A DNA stretch of 64,000 nt, taken from Candidatus Dormiibacterota bacterium (GTDB lineage: Bacteria; Chloroflexota; Dormibacteria; Dormibacterales; Dormibacteraceae). The translations under genes and the position numbers were made by a program. The DNA is taken from NCBI GenBank assembly GCA_036495195.1, contig DASXNH010000025.1, positions 17,524 through 81,523 on the forward strand. Direction: 5' to 3'. Shown here in pieces: positions 63,339-64,000 of the stretch. The stretch's first letter is position 1; each line of letters starts with the position of its first letter. Below the pieces are notes generated by a model. It was not told where the DNA came from. It saw only the letters and a list, made by a program, of their open reading frames with translations, and made no database searches.

Positions 63339-64000
63339 GTGCTCGTCATCCCCGCCATCGACATCCTGGGTGGCCGCTGCGTTCGCCTCCTGCGTGGCGA
63401 CTACGCGCATCCGACGGTCTATTCGGAAGATCCTGCAGACGTTGCGACCAGCTTCGCCGAGGCCGGCGCGGAGCGCATCCACGTCGTCGACCTCGACGGA
63501 GCTCGAGGGCTCGGCGACAACCATGCGGCGATCGAGGCGATAGTCGGGCTCAGCGGCTTGAAGGTCCAGGTGGCCGGCGGGGTTCGAACCGAAGCGCAGG
63601 TCGACAAGCTGCTTGATCTGGGCGCGGACGCGGTCGTTCTGGGCACTGTTGCCGTGCGCGAGCCGAGATTGCTCGAACGATGCGCGCGTAAGCACATGAG
63701 CCGGGTGCTGGCGGCGCTCGACGTTCGTGACGATCAGCCGGCGGTGCACGGGTGGACGGAGAACGAGCCCGTGAAAATGGGCAGCCTGCTCGCCCGCTGG
63801 GATGTGCTGCCGTTGGCCGGAGTCATTTTCACGAGCATTGCGCGAGATGGAACGATGGAGGGGCCGGACCTCAAAACGTTGGCGCGGTTGCGCGCAATGA
63901 CCAGCCTGCCCATCCTGTACTCCGGTGGAATTTCCTCGATCGAAGACATTCGCAAGGCGGCGGCGGGAGGCGCCGCGGCAGTGATCGTGGGGAAGGCTCT
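63339..64000 (+). CDS. hisA: ProFAR isomerase (HisA/PriA), 3' end beyond the window
   Basis: Not in the ORF track because no stop lies in the window. My translation from GTG 63339 reads (M)LVIPAIDILGGRCVRLLRGDY...HVVDLDGA...VQVAGGVR...GVIFTSIARDGTMEGPD...SGGISS. Confidence 0.9.
   Translation, partial: MLVIPAIDILGGRCVRLLRGDYAHPTVYSEDPADVATSFAEAGAERIHVVDLDGARGLGDNHAAIEAIVGLSGLKVQVAGGVRTEAQVDKLLDLGADAVVLGTVAVREPRLLERCARKHMSRVLAALDVRDDQPAVHGWTENEPVKMGSLLARWDVLPLAGVIFTSIARDGTMEGPDLKTLARLRAMTSLPILYSGGISSIEDIRKAAAGGAAAVIVGKA

Overview
The window is visibly GC-rich (third codon positions are mostly G/C) and densely packed with genes. It looks like core chromosome from a high-GC monoderm lineage with actinobacterial or Chloroflexi-like gene content; the phylum cannot be fixed from sequence alone. 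I saw no rRNA, tRNA, CRISPR array, transposase, integrase or obvious defence island. About 65 CDS are supportable.

Main gene sets:
- An F420 operon, fgd-cofC-cofE-cofD.
- A 13-gene co-directional minus-strand array (42003 down to 30816): arsR-ino1, two HtrB-like acyltransferases, pimA, pgsA, holB, hisC, an HD hydrolase, a 2-hydroxyacid dehydrogenase, a HAD phosphatase, a PIG-L deacetylase and ispH.
- A second minus-strand array: pdxS-pdxT-GNAT-R3H ATPase-tmk-darA-fused ABC transporter.
- Many nucleotide second-messenger components: two paralogous CHASE2 class III cyclases, a GAF-GGDEF cyclase with an intact I-site, YajQ, DarA and a Zn-ribbon NUDIX.
- An ECF sigma factor carrying an in-frame anti-sigma-like zinc motif.

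Adjacent genes often overlap by 4 nt (ATGA or GTGA). Divergent spacers are extremely short, with -10-like boxes 7-12 nt from the start codons, which suggests leaderless mRNAs. Many long ORFs in the six-frame track are antisense or alternate-frame artefacts of the GC-rich sequence.

The most interesting items:
- The inositol-lipid (PIM-type) cluster with a duplicated acyltransferase and an ArsR operator.
- Two genes whose conserved N-termini lie upstream of any canonical start codon.
- The ATGA coupling of a cyclase to a sirtuin.
- The sigma/ZAS fusion followed by a SHOCT protein.
- A frame-broken Ig-like lipoprotein.
- A PolX-like protein without a polymerase core.

None of these is demonstrably a new system from sequence alone. 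All functional calls rest on motifs I recognise by eye, not on database searches.
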